DNA from: Paragordius varius
Taxonomy: Eukaryota > Animalia > Nematomorpha
Length of the DNA: 64,000 bases
Direction: 5' to 3'
NCBI GenBank assembly: GCA_964247055.1
Contig: OZ176055.1
Coordinates: forward strand, 2,356,001-2,420,000
A program made the translations under genes and the position numbers. Below the pieces are notes generated by a model. The model had not been told where the DNA came from and did no database searches. It saw only the letters and a program-made list of their open reading frames with translations. Numbering within the stretch: position 1 is the stretch's first letter; each line of letters begins with the position of its first letter. Shown piece by piece: positions 12,166 through 25,638 of this stretch.

Positions 12166-13629
12166 TATTATGGCTATGGCTGGTTAAACCCATACCCTTA
12201 TCACGATGTTTTAAAAAATTTATAAATACAGATGAATAAAATAAATATTGTTTGATAAAACTTAAATTTAATCTCAGGTTGCATGTAGATTGACACTATG
12301 CGGTATTATAAAAAATGCGTCTGTGGCTTCATTTTAAACTAGTGTTATTCAAACAGAGGCCCCAAAAGTGCCTTTTTGTGGCCCTGAATCACAATTAATT
12401 TTTTTCAATTTAATAATTTTAAGGGCGATCGATATTTATCATTTAGATTTATAAAAAAATATGTTTGTTTTCATAATTTCTTAGTTATAGAAAAAGAAAT
12501 TTCGGCTTTTCTTCCAACCTTATGCTTTGGTTTCGATCATGTGCATTTAAAGAATTAATCGATCGAAATGATTTCATTATGAAAAATATTTGAAGGAAAC
12601 AAAGATAAAGGCTATATTGAGTTTTGGTAAGATCTGTCAAATAAATATTATATTGAATGTGCGATAGTTACGGTTATTTTGTATCTTAATTTACATCGAA
12701 GCTGCATATGAATTAAAAAACCTGTTAAAGATATAGGATTATGTGAGATTAGCTTGTTATGATAACTAGATTTATTAACAATTATTGGTTAATGTTATAA
12801 TTTGTGTATTTCGTAGAGATGTTAATTAAAATGTGTGGGTATAACCTTTAAAAAATCTCAGTAAACTGATTTTATAATTATCTGCTTAAGCTATGCAATA
12901 TTCGGTATTATATTGTGGCCCAATAACAAAAAAATCATTTTATTGCCCTTAAAACCGAATCTTTTTGGTAGATACCGCTGTTTTAAACCGTCCAATAGAA
13001 TAATTGATAAATCTTATCATAATAAACCATCGAAGCAAATATATAAAAATTATATATTATGTCAAAAATTGTTTTGATCGAACACGATATGTATCATGCA
13101 TAATGGTTTTGACTCCTTAATAAAATGATATAATAAATCAATTTTGATTTGACATATGTCGCGATATTTATTGGTTATTTATGTTAAGTAGGCGGTTCTA
13201 CCCAATTTAGTATCATTATAAACATAAACAAAAACTTCCTAAGGACCACAAGATTCTATTAAATAAAGGGCGAGTTATTAACCTTATTTTATCAGAGTAA
13301 TTTAGAATTACGATTAAATAATTATTTTTTCTAAGCAGGATTTATTATATTTGTTAGATTTGTTTTTCACATATGAATATATAAAAGTTTACCCATTATG
13401 TGAAAATACTTTATATAAGAGGAAATGTCAATTCATATGGGTAGTATGATAAAAAATTTTAACCCTAAAGTATTAAATAATTTTGTGTTATCTAAAATAG
13501 GTTAGGTAAAAAATTGTCAATTTTGTATTTGGTCGAAAATTATTTTTAATTTTTTACAAAGTTATCTCCTGTTATCATTAAATATTAAATGATACTATCT
13601 TTTTGCCCGAGTTTATGGCACACAGTACT

Positions 13630-13878
13630 CAGAGGCGTAGCTTTCCTTTCTGGCGCCCAGGTGCATGAATCCCTGATGGCGCTCCCTACCTTCCATGCCA
13701 ATCGTTTGCCTTTAAAAAAATATCCACTTTGAACCGTGGAAATGATCACTCATAAATGGGTGATTTTTTATATATTATTTTGAGTAATAACTTTAAAATA
13801 CCTATTTTTTAAAATAAAATTTAATTCAACTATGGCGCCCGTGAATCAGCACACCCCCCCCCCCCAACTACGCCTCTG
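13630..13878. mobile_element. hAT-type MITE (CAGAGGCGTAG TIR)
   Basis: TIR CAGAGGCGTAG / CTACGCCTCTG. The interior has a diverged relative at about 62770-63010. Confidence 0.75.
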
Positions 13879-14927
13879 ACACTCTAAGCTTCAATAAAAC
13901 GTGAATTGGTTGAGGTATTTTTAAACAGATTTAATAGCTGATAATAAGGGCAAAAATTCACAACAGGTGACTCGCATCTTGCATGTAAGGAGAGCTTACG
14001 ATATAATAATAAATATTAGATGGATTAGATCCATTAAAGTTAGAGCGTTTTAAATTTTAGCTTTTAAAACATTTAATTTTAGGTATTGATTAAACCTGTT
14101 TTAAAACTAATGTTTATATTAAAGTAAAGCAGGAGGAGCACACACACTATTGAGTTTGTTAAATTAAAAATGTCATTTATTAAGATTATTGGTGAAGGGG
14201 CTCGGTGTGCATATGCAAAAGAATCAGAACACCAATAAATTCTATAGCTATCATTACAATGTTAAAAATTTCAATGTTGTAGGGTTATTTTAATAATCGT
14301 AAATATCGCTTAAATCAAGAGTATGTAAAATTTAATAATTAAGTCATAAAATTTTTGTATTATATTGCGGACGATAGAGGCATCTCTATAGTCACAATTT
14401 TATTAGTAATTTATCGCTGGTAAATCATAAGAGCGTTAATAATCACCAACGAGAAATTGCTCTAACACATCACATTAAAGAATTATGCACTTAAAAAAGT
14501 TTATGAATATACGGGAAATCTAGAAATTTCTGATATAAAACAAAAGAATCGTTTAGACCAGAAGAGTTAAAGAGGGTCGACTATATTCCATTGCAACAAG
14601 CAAATAATACTATGATAAAACTTTTGTAAGTTTTGAATTGTCATAAAATTTGTATAGTGGTAAAAAATAATGAGGCTAACCTTCTAATCTTAAATTTTTA
14701 GTTATAGTTTTAGAACTAATTCTTTAAATTGGGTCAAAGAAAGGCTTATTTAACCTTGTTAATAAGCATCATTAAAGAATTGAACCTTGGAGCGAATCAA
14801 TTTATTGATCATGCATTTAATAAATTAATCTATCAAAAAAAAATTTAAAAATCAACTTATCAAATTATAGATATATATTAAATTGTATATTTATTACATT
14901 ATAATTTATATTGAAAAATGAAATATA

Positions 14928-15398
14928 TTATTGACAATTTGACATACTTTTTATGTTATTGGATAATAATTTAATTTTTGATTTTGATTCCTTTTCTAAA
15001 TAAATTCTGTTTTCTTTCATCTGAAATAATTGCATTAAAAGGGTTGCCTTTTTTTGTTCCAAGAAATCACACATTAATGAGTCTACAATTTGTTCAGGTG
15101 TTGTATTTTCAACGACTTTAAATTGATCAAAATCACTTTTGATTTTTTCAAATTCATTCATTATGCTCTCGGTGTTTTCTTCTTCAAGCATTAACTCCAT
15201 CTCTTTCGTCATTTCTACTTTGTAATTGGTCAATATATCATCTTTAATAGAGTTGACCAATGTCGGATTTTGGCGGCATAATGTTGGAAAAGATTTGATG
15301 ATTAAGTTTGAATTTAATATTTCACAATGCTTTTCAATATTATATTTTAATGCATCTTTGAATCCATCAAATGTGGTAGGTTTTTTTTCACTTTCCAT
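14928..15398 (-). CDS. PMF1: PMF1/Nnf1-like Mis12-complex kinetochore subunit, 156 aa, single exon
   Basis: QNPTLVNSIKDDILTNYKVEMTKEMELMLEEENTESIMNEFEKI aligns to PMF1 LQPAMTQQIYDKFIAQLQTSIREEISDIKEEGNLEAVLNALDKI. TPEQIVDSLMCDFLEQKKATL resembles IPEKDLHSVMAPYFLQQRDTL. Coiled-coil tail. The usual AWRP motif is absent. Confidence 0.7.
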   Translation of the reverse strand: MESEKKPTTFDGFKDALKYNIEKHCEILNSNLIIKSFPTLCRQNPTLVNSIKDDILTNYKVEMTKEMELMLEEENTESIMNEFEKIKSDFDQFKVVENTTPEQIVDSLMCDFLEQKKATLLMQLFQMKENRIYLEKESKSKIKLLSNNIKSMSNCQ

Positions 15399-15995
15399 TA
15401 TTTAAAAAAACGCCAAAAATCATATGTAAAATTAACACTTGATTACAACACATTCATTTAAATCCTCTAAATTAAATTGGGGTCGTTAGTGACCCTAGAC
15501 CTATTTTATATTAAATATTTTAAAAATATTGGACAAAAATATTGCATAAGTTTGTCACTTATAGAACATTTCACTGATAAAAAAGTTAAAAAAATTGATC
15601 ATATACACTGTGTCTTCAAAAAATAACCCGATGAAATATATAGGAAAATGTATCAGGATTATCATGATGCTATTGGTAATAGCCTTTATTGTAATAAGGG
15701 CTCCTCAGAAAATGGCAAAATTTGCGCACATTTTTTTAAAAAAATTTTTCTCGGGGAAGTTAGTGGTTCATTTCACAAAATATCACTAAAATATTATAGC
15801 TACATACAAAAGACAATTATTTTGATGTGGGTTCCAAAAGTCCCAAACTTTTTTGCTATCTCATATGGACTAGTAGCTGAAAATTATACCAAAAAATGCC
15901 AGGATAGTGTAATAAAAATATTATTAAATTTTAAATTAGATATCAATTTATATTTCCAAATATTTATCAAAATTTGAAGCATAATACTATTTTAA

Positions 15996-17690
15996 TACTC
16001 GGATACAACACATTCATTTCAGTCCTTATATTTAAATTGGGGTAGTTGGATACTCCAGGCTTGTCTAGAATTAAATTCGTCAAAAAATATGTAAGGAATC
16101 GAAATTATGGAAAAATTTATTATATAACATTAACACTTCGATTCAAATTGGGGTATCTAAATACCCCAGGATAAATTTAAGTAGGATTTTTAAAAAACTA
16201 CTGAATAAAACGGTCCAAATTTATGCTTCTATCCTAATAAAAATTAAATAAATATGCCAATATATCTAAATGAAATTTTGTTTTGAAAAAAAAGTTTCAT
16301 GTCAAACTATTTCGACGCCATTTTTATTTTTTAAATTTTTGCAAAATTACGTCTTCATTTGATTTTAAAGGTGAAATTAAAGCTAATTATTTATTTAAAT
16401 TACATCTAACAATGATAGAAATAGAGAAAGCGGTTTATTTTGTACTATTTTTTGATTTTATCATTGCACACATGTCACGTTGACCAAATTTTTACCTTTC
16501 GGTTTTAGCTTTACACTTGGATACAACACATTCATTTTAATCCTTCGATTAAAATTGGGGTAGTTAAATACTCCAGGCTTGATTAAAATTAATTAAAAAA
16601 TATGGAGGGATTCGAAACCATGGCAAAATTTTGCACTTACATAACATTTATAGACCGAAATAGATAAAAAATTTTATCCAAAAATATTTAAACTTATTTG
16701 AAGCTAAAACCGAAAGGTAAAAATTTAGTCAACGTGACATGTGTGCAATGGTAAAATTAAAAAATAATACAAAATAAAGAGTTTTTTCTATTTCTATTGT
16801 TAGATGTAACTTAAATAAAAAATTAGCTTTAATTTTACCCTTAAATTAAAAGAAGGCGATAATTTGCAAAATTTTGTAAAAAAATGGCGTCGTAGTTCGA
16901 GATGGAACTTTTTTTTCAAAACAAAATTTTATTAAGATATTTTGGCATAATTATATAATATTTATCAGGATAGAAGCATAAATTTAAATTGGGACCGTTT
17001 CCTTCCGTAATTTTTTAAAAATTTTAATTTGAATTTAGTCTGGGGTATTTTGATACCCCAATTTGAATCGAAGTGTTAAAATGAGTAATATCAAGTATTT
17101 TTGAATAAAAATACTTATATAAATCGGTTTTTAATGTTATATAAGTGCAAAATTTTGCCATGGTTTCGATTCCTTCCATTTTGTTAAAAGAATTTAATTT
17201 AAACAGGCCTGGGCTAGTTAATTACCCCAATTTTAGAACTAAAATGAATGTGTTGTTCCAAGTGTTAATTATCCGAAATATATAAAAAAAAATTCAAAAA
17301 TATCTGATAATGCTTATTTTATAAAACCGAAAGGTAAAAATTTAGTCAACATGACATGTGCGCAATGGTAAAATTAAGAAATAATATAAAATCAACCGCT
17401 TTTTCTAATTCTATCAATGTATTTGTAATTTAAAAAAAAATACCTTTATTTTTACCCTTAAAATTAAATGAACACAATATTTTACAAAAATTTTGTAAAA
17501 TCAAAATGACGTCAAAGTAGTTTGACATAAAAAATTTTTAAAAAACAAAATTTTATATAGATATTTTAGCATATATATAGAAATTTTATTAGGATAGAAG
17601 GAAAAATTTAAATTGGGCCCGTTTCATTTATTAGTGTTGTAAAAATCCTCAAGTCTGGGATATTTAGATACCCCAACATAAACCGAAGTG
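15996..17690. mobile_element. Three nested copies of one piggyBac-type MITE: outer (+) 15996-17690, middle (-) 16134-17264, inner (+) 16514-17075
   Basis: Termini CACTTGGATAC / CGAAGTG with TTAA flanks (inner left flank is TTTA). Removing the inner copies restores sequence seen in the copies at 22965 and 46202. Another left end lies at 15436. Confidence 0.85.
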
Positions 17691-18729
17691 TTAAATCAGA
17701 TGAAACAGTTCATAACGCATTAAGATATCATATGCACCTTTTCTCTATAATTTAAAGATTCTGAAAATATCTATCACATAAGAATTTTTAAAATATTTGT
17801 TCGCCTACACCACATTATGCCAAATAAATTTTTTTCTATAAATGGACACATTGCAAGTAAACAAACTTTTAAACTATTCTCAAGTGATAGATATCATCCT
17901 CATATTATATAGAAAAGGTGTTTTTATAATATCTAAAAGCGTTTTCATACTGTTACCATAATGCAAAAAATACCGTAAAGACGCTTCAGCAAATTGCTAA
18001 AATTAAATTTGCGTAAAAAGTATCATTATTTAAAAATAATTTTTTTACAAAATTTAGGAGATATTTAAACTATTTATTGGCCAATCCCGGAATTTCGAGC
18101 CATTTTAGAAAAACAAAAATATTTGAATTTCAGAACCGACATCTAAAAATCAAAGTTTTTTAAAAATATTGTTTTGCTTTAAAAAAAGTTTGTATTTTAA
18201 TGATATTTTTTGAAATGAAGCATTTTTACATCAAAAATTTATTTAAATGCGCTAATTTTGCCATTTTCTGATATGGAGCATGCAACAAAAGTGTAAATGA
18301 CTTTCTTATATCACTCGTAAGGGCCAAAGCCAAACCATGATAATCCTGTAACATTTTCCAATCAAAATACATATATTTTATTATATTTTTTTATACGCCC
18401 CGATTTAAGACGCAGTAATAGATAAACCTGAAATTTTTCGAAAATGTTAAATAAAATAATGCAAAATAGTCGGATATAGGGCTTTATAAAAAAATTAATA
18501 TTATTTAAATCTTATTTATATAAGTAGAACCATTTTATAATTTCAGTAGCTATTTAATATTAATTTATATTGGCCTGACTTCAATAGTTTCCCATTTCAA
18601 TCGAATAAATACATAAACAATAATAATTTTATTTGTTTAGTAAAACAAAACATAAATATATGAAAATAATAAATAAATAATATATAAGCTGATTCCACTT
18701 TAGTTGTCTTGGTTTCCTTTGACGGAGTG

Positions 18730-19151
18730 ATGGTTTTAAAATTTTATATGTAGGCACCTAAAACTGACAAGAAAACTGGAAAAGATACAAAAGCTAAGCC
18801 AGCTCAGAAAAAATCAGCATCTGGCGGAAAAGCAAAAAAGAAGGTATTTATAAATATAATGAGTGTAGAAATGGTCTAAAGGAAAAGTCCGCGATAAATT
18901 GAATAATTTAGTTTTGTTTGACAAAGCGACGGAAGAAAAATTTATTAAAGAAATTCCAACTTCGAAATTGATTACACCATCAATGGTTTCTGAACGGTTG
19001 AAAATTAGAGGTTCTCTTGCCAGGCGAGCTTTACGCGAAATGGAAGCAAAAAGTAATTCCGTTATTTTAATTCATAGATATGATCCGGCTCGTAAAGAAA
19101 CATCATGCACAGATAATATATACCAAAATTTCTAAGGATGAAACAGCCTAA
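18730..19151 (+). CDS. RPS25: 40S ribosomal protein S25 (eS25), 116 aa; exons 18730-18732, 18754-18843, 18869-19052, 19078-19151
   Basis: [28 protein letters not shown]...[21 protein letters not shown]...HHAQIIYT. Introns are 21, 25 and 25 nt. Confidence 0.97.
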
Positions 19152-19585
19152 ATTTTTTATAAAATAAATATTTGGAAACCACTTACTATTTGTAAAATTA
19201 TACTTCACACAATCCTTACAATAATTATATGAAATTCATGAATCTTAGTTGACTACTATTGATTTAGTAATTAATCGTCTATATCAGTTGTTTCTAACCT
19301 GGCAATTTTTATATATTAAAGGATTAAGTATTTTATTTTTTATCTAAATAATTGTTTAAAAACATTTTTTATCCTTTGTTTTTTTAAATTTTGTATAGAT
19401 GAGCCGATTAGTAGTTTAATAATCAATAATGAACAGCGGTAGTACTTTTCTTACAAATCTTTTAATTGATTTTGATAATTTTTTTTTGAACAAAGGTTGT
19501 TAGTTTTCAAATTTCCCTATTTTTCTGCCAATTATTTTTAAAAACCATATATTTTTTACACAACACATAAAATGTTAGTTTATAA

Positions 19586-22500
19586 CAGTGATACTCAAAC
19601 CGCGGGCCGCATGCGGCCCTAAGAGTGCTTTAAAATTGCCCTATGACCATATTGATACTTATTTTTTTTTATTGATGAATTTTTAAAATTCACATAATCG
19701 GATTTTCGTTATTTCAATATTAATTTATTTTATTTAGATTTAATTTTGGCAATTTCTATTTTCACCCAATATATAATGTAAAAATTTCCCTACATTAAGA
19801 TGGTTTCAATTTGGCCGTTGTTTTGGTTTCTGCATTCTATTTTCTTTTCTATTTTAAAATTATCGCATTCCTTTTTGGTATTTAAGCATTTTCACCCAAA
19901 CTTGCATATATATACCTTTTCATAGCTATCCTGCATCATTTTTTATAACTCATTCACATAAAATATTTTTCAAATCAACATCATTAAATTTCGACCTATT
20001 TTTTATAGCATAATGCAAATTATATTCCTTTTTCTGAAAAAAGTACCATAATGTTTTAACATAAATTGAAAGGATGACATCTAATGCTGAAAAACGTAAA
20101 TTATCCGATGAAAATCGCTCTTTTTAAAAAAAGAATGGTAAAAATTCTTGTCGTTTTAAATAAAAATAATACCTGCTTTATATATTAAGACAACATAATT
20201 ATAAAAATACAATATTGAAAGACATCAATCCATCATTCTCATAAATTACCAGAAAATGAGGAAAGATTTAAAAAATATAAGAAGATTAAGGAATTATACC
20301 AGAAAGAAAAATCTATTAGTCCATGGCTTTCTTCCAGTAAAAAGCTTTAACATTAGCTTCGTATGAAATTTGCTATATTTTAGGAAAAAATATGAAACCG
20401 TTTACTGATTGCCAACTAATAAAAGAATGTCTAATAAATGGTTGCTTTTTTAATTTGATAAATTTCATAGTAACATCAGATCATGAGGCAAATTAAAAAA
20501 CTTCAACTTTCTGATTCAACATGTACTCGACGCATTGAGGATATGTCTAAATTTATTTAAAATACATTATTGGCTGTAAAAAACTGCAAATATTTTAGTA
20601 TTGCTATTGATTCTAGCACTGATATTAGTTCAGCTCCTCACTGTACGCTCATGTGAGATTTTGCATCGACAACATAAACAATGAGGAATATTCATAAAAT
20701 TTTCCACTAAATAATACGACGAAAGAATGTGATTTTCTCGAAATAATTAGCACTTTTTTCTATAATAATGATATATCTATAAAAAAATTGGTTTTGATCT
20801 GTACAGATGGCTGTCCCTCTGTGATTGGAATAAACAAATAATTTATTTCTCTTTTGAAAAACAAATAAAATTTGGAAAATATTTTATCCTTTCACTGCTT
20901 TAATCAACAGCAAAACCTGGTTTCGCGTGTAAATGAAAACTCAATTCAGTAATTAAAACGATTATGGAAATACATCACAGGGGCAGATAATTCAACCGCC
21001 GTAAATTCAAAAACCTGAAAGATATCCCCAGTGAGTTTGATGATATTCTTTTGTATACCGGTGTCAGATGGTTAAGCCTCAGTTAAATATAAGACATGAA
21101 ATAATATTTATAAATGATAACAGAAAGGATGAGGAAATTAAAAGTGACAAATTGTGGGTTAACTACATATTACTTATAAACTTAGTATCTTAAATACACT
21201 TCGGGAGCAAAATAATAACCAAATCTAATCAAATATTTGATGAAGAAAATTTAATAATATATAAACAATATTTTATAAATAAAACACTCCTATATTTTCC
21301 AACACTTAAAACAATTTTTGAAGATAATATAAAATTTACCGCGGAAATTAAGTTTATAATATGCAATCATTTAACACGTTGACGGACAATTGCGGCTATA
21401 GCCGTCAAAGCGAAGTTCACAATGTGGCATGACTGCTATAGCCGTCCAAAACGAAACGGTCGTTTTTAGACACTACGGCTATAGCAGCACAAATGTGCAC
21501 TTACTGGCGTATACGTAGAAGCATAGTGTCGTGTTTTGAAAACATCTTTTTAGGTTGAAGTTCATATTTCACCTGTTATACGAGTTGCAGATTCAGTATG
21601 CACGTGGTTGTGAAGGGAGTAGTGCGATCGTGTTTTCTATTTCGTGTAAAACTCCCAAAAATACTTTGTTGCATACAAAAATTGCTTGTTTGAACCATTA
21701 AACCTGTCATTTACGTTTTTAAATTTTTGCTGTTACAGCCGCCATCGTCCTATCACTTAGTGTATAGAGTCCGCTGGCGCCATGACGGGTATAGCCGCAA
21801 CCTAATTAAAGGTACTAAATTAATCAAAATTAAGTTTATTTAAGCAGAAAGAGTAAAACTATACTTCTAACATTCTAAAAATCACAAAAACATATAGTGT
21901 CAATTTTCGAACTTCGCTTGTTCCTACTGTCCGTCAACCTGTTAACATTTTTATCTAATGAGATGAAATTCAGATTTCAAGAATTAAGAAATATTAAAAA
22001 ATTTTCTTAAAACTCGTTAATCCATGGCATATGGATATATCCAATATTAAACAACTTGAGCATTTCGGTTTTGATCAGGCGCATATCATTGGAATATTCG
22101 TAGATTTTAAAGATTCCAATTTGGAGGCTATATTCAAGGATAATAGTAGAGAATAAAGATATGTAGAGTTTTTGCAAGATGTGCCAAATAAATATGAAAA
22201 TATAAAAAAATGTGCTCAAGTTATCCTAACTGTTTTTCCCGTAACTTACACGTTGGAGACGGCATATCAAGAATACATACAGAAATCGCTTAACCGATGA
22301 TCATATGGACGACGTATTAAGATTGGCCTGTATGAGGCAAAACCAAATTTGTCAAAAATTATTGGTAATATCAAAAATAATGTTGTTATCAAAATATTTT
22401 TTTTAACTAAATGGTGCAAAACGAGTTTTTAGCTGGATTACATCAGCAAAAATATCATTGTGCTGATATTAAGTATAAATATGTGCATAATTGTCAAATA

Positions 22501-22590
22501 GCTATGATATTTGCCATTCTAAGGTTCATGGCCCTTGAAAAAAAAACATATTTTATTTGGCCCGTCAAATTTTTTTGGTGAGTACCACTG
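19586..22590 (+). mobile_element. Full-length decayed hAT DNA transposon (Charlie/Buster/SPIN-like), 3.0 kb, with pseudogenised transposase
   Basis: TIR CAGTGATACTCA / TGAGTACCACTG and a perfect 8 bp TSD GTTTATAA. Remnant peptides KRKLSDENRSF, KPFTDCQLIKECL, LQLSDSTCTRRIEDMS, YFSIAIDSSTDIS, CTDGCPSVIG, ILLYTGVRWLS. Confidence 0.92.
21375..21941. mobile_element. piggyBac-type MITE nested in the hAT transposase
   Basis: TTAA|CACGTTGACGGAC ... GTCCGTCAACCTG|TTAA, with internal palindromic GGCTATAGCC repeats. Excision restores the frame CNHLTFLSNEMKFRFQEL. Confidence 0.9.
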
Positions 22591-22964
22591 GTTTATAATA
22601 TACATAAATGGTTATAGTAATTTTCTTCTTCCAGTTGAAATTGACGTTTTTTGCCTAACTTCCCAAAAATAATTAAATATTACTATTTTAAAGTTTTCCT
22701 TGTCTTTAATTTATAGCGTTTTAACCATTGCATTCGTTTTTTATACATTTTCAGGTAGTTTTCCATTCCTCAACCAAAACTTCAAGACGTAAACAAACTA
22801 CTGTTTTAATAGTTGTTTTGATTTAAAATAATTAATCGAATTCTCTTCTCCTCTATTAAAAAAATAACCATATTTTTAGTTTATATACTTCTATTATCCC
22901 GAATTTGGATACCTCCAAAACACGATTAACACAAACACCTGATATTAAAATTTATAAATATTAA

Positions 22965-23150
22965 CACTTGGATACAACACATTCATTTTAGTCCTTCTAT
23001 TCAAATTGGGGTAGTTGGATACCCCAGGCCTGTTTTAAATTAAATTCTTTAAAAAATATGGAATGAATCGAAATCATGGCAAAATTTTGCACTTACATAA
23101 CATTAATAAACCGATATATATAAGTATTTTTATTCAAAAATACTTGATAG
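22965..23150 (+). mobile_element. Left part of a CACTTGGAT piggyBac-type MITE
   Basis: TTAA|CACTTGGATACAACACATTC, colinear with the 46202 copy. Confidence 0.8.
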
Positions 23151-23249
23151 GTGTCTGAATTATTTTTTAATTAAAGTAGGCCTATTTTGATGATTTTTTT
23201 ATTTAGTTCCCAAAAATAAATTTTGAAATATTTTCACCCGAGTTTCCCT

Positions 23250-24000
23250 AATCATTAATAGTTTCAGATGATCTCTTTATCAAAATATTTTAGCGCCATC
23301 ATTATTATATGGCAACGGCTTAACGCAGCGTAAAAGCACCATCACATAAAACAACTTGAAGTAATATTTTTGAAAACATGTGATCATATAAATCGATAAT
23401 GGTTTTAGCTATTTCTAGCCCAACGCAAAAGTTTTAGAATGAGCGTTTTTTAAAAGGCCATTTCTAGTTCATATTTTAAATATGCCAACGTAAAATTACC
23501 CGCATTTGAAGCAAATTTTCGGGAAACCCATGAGGTTTTTCACGTTTTTAATTTGAGGCAATATTATTTTAAACACTTTTTTAAATGCTATGTAAGGCTC
23601 GATTCTCCGTAAAATGCTCACCAATTTAAACGTGTCTTTCAAGCGGTTTTTATAAAATATTTAGTCGGTTTAGGCATTTCCCTATAAATGCATAGTTAAG
23701 CGCGGTTTATTAATTAGCCGTTGGATAGGGCCCACTTGCAAAATATGTCTTACCATATGAATATTACCTGGCTTTAAAGAATTTCGAAAAACTTGGAAAA
23801 CATACGGATTCATATTTTTAGATATTTCCAGCATAAAGGCGAAATAACTTCGCGCTAAACCCATAGGAAGAGTGCCACTCGTTGAATATGATTTACAACA
23901 TGGCCTTGAGGCAGTTTTCCTAGAATAAGCGCATACAAGTAGATGCGCCACGTCTAAGTCGCACTTTTTCCGAACACTATTTTAAGAAGTTGTCCAAGAA
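23250..24000 (-). pseudogene. Possible highly decayed piggyBac-like transposase fragment
   Basis: CIYREMPKPTKYFIK resembles piggyBac C.FRQY.P.KP.KYGIK. Many stops; weak. Confidence 0.3.
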
Positions 24001-24449
24001 TATTATATTTATCAAAAATATATTTATATAAGCTTTTGTAATGAAATTAAATCATAAGGTATGTGTATATTGGTACAAATTTATTAGACTAATGAAAAAA
24101 CACACAAATATGTTAAAAGTCCCTATTTGCATGTGTGAAATGATGTTTTTATTTGCCCAATTTATCATTATATATCCTAGAAAATATTTGGCAAAGTCAC
24201 ATCAACGCTAATATAAAATGCAAATCTATACGGTTAATATCTTTGATTTTAATTTACGTGGTTAAAACATAAAAAAATGTCAAAATATTCTGTCTTTTTA
24301 AGCAAATTAGTTTCCTTAAATTTAAAATTCAACTGCCAAAAAATTAGTTCGACATGAATTGCCCATATTTTTAGATTCATATTCCCTTTACAAATTTATA
24401 CATATTTAACCCACCGTATTGTAATATTGATAAATAGCATGCAGTTTAG

Positions 24450-24600
24450 ACCAGTAGTACTCACCAAAAAAATTAGACGGGTCAAATAAAATTAAATTTT
24501 TGACCCAAGAGCTACATAATACCGACAACCATTGCCAACTTTATATGCAGATACATTAAAATACACAAATATTTTGATAATAACATCTGCAAAATAACCA
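24450..24600 (-). mobile_element. Inverted truncated copy of the right end of the 19586-22590 hAT
   Basis: CCAGTAGTACTCACCAAAAAAATTAGACGGGTCAAAT is the reverse complement of about 22555-22591. A similar end lies at about 28925-28956. Confidence 0.7.
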
Positions 24601-24751
24601 TATTTTAACATTTCCTATAAGTTTTGACAAATCTGGTTACCATAAAAGGACAATTAAACATCATATCACTATGTTTTTTGACATATTTTATTAAATATGT
24701 CTCCTCGGTGTACGGCGAGACAAAATTATATTTTAATATTTATTTGGCATA

Positions 24752-25376
24752 TACCATTTGCACTTCAAGAGTGTCCTTGAACACTTCAAGTTGGTCCTTG
24801 AATTTGCGTCCTTGAACATTTCAAGTTGGTCCTTTGACTTTTTGTTTTGGTTTTAACTTTTATCAATCAAATCGTATAATTTATCTATTTTATTGTTTTT
24901 AACCTATTTTCTATTATTTAACATAAATTTTAAATCGAAATCAACTTTTAATCTTTGAGAAACCGTATATCTTTATTAATTTCTTATAATAATTTTGGAT
25001 ATTTATAAGATTTTAACATAAAAATATATAAGTTGGGGTTATAAATAACAAATTTTCATTAAAAACATTTGAATGTCAATAAGTTTGTTCAATTGAAAAA
25101 AAAATAGTTTGAAACAAAAAAGTGGTTTTTAAATAAAAAAATTTATTTTTAAATGAATAAATATATAATAAATAAAGAAAATTAGGTTATTAAATAATAA
25201 AAAAAAATAAATGCAAAAATTATGGTTAAATCAAAATTTATAAATTTTAAGGACCAACTTGAAGTGTTCAAGGACCAACTTGAATTGTTTAAGGACCAAC
25301 TTGAATTGTTCAAAGACCATCTAGAACTGTTTAAGGACCAACTTGAAGTGTTCAAGGACACTCTTGAAGTGCAAAT
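24752..25376. mobile_element. TACCATTT-family MITE (subfamily A, about 625 bp)
   Basis: TACCATTTGCACTTCAAGAGTGTCCTTGAAC vs GTTCAAGGACACTCTTGAAGTGCAAAT, with 21 bp arrays AAGGACCAACTTGAAGTGTTC. Confidence 0.88.
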
Positions 25377-25638
25377 CTTTAAATGTCTACTCAATTAGAA
25401 TCATGATCGATTAACTCTTCAAAAGATGCGAATGATATAACCTAGTCATAAGTTATAAAAAAAGCCGCGAAATTTTCTTAATACTAAATATCGAATCACT
25501 AAAATTTTGAATTATTTCTAAGCAACAAAATAATTTATTTAATAAATCAAAACCAAAAAGCTTTTTTAGGGCCGCATGGGGGCTCCAGATTTAGGATTAT
25601 TAGTTTAATAAGAGTTTTTTAAGCAAAATAAAATGAGA

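Noticed and set aside
24752-25376. 21 bp repeat arrays (and ORFs 24624-24815, 25182-25394, 30447-30656) as a CRISPR array or repeat proteins
   Set aside because: The repeats are contiguous with no unique spacers, lie in inverted MITE arms, and the genome is eukaryotic. The SSWSLN peptides are translation artefacts.
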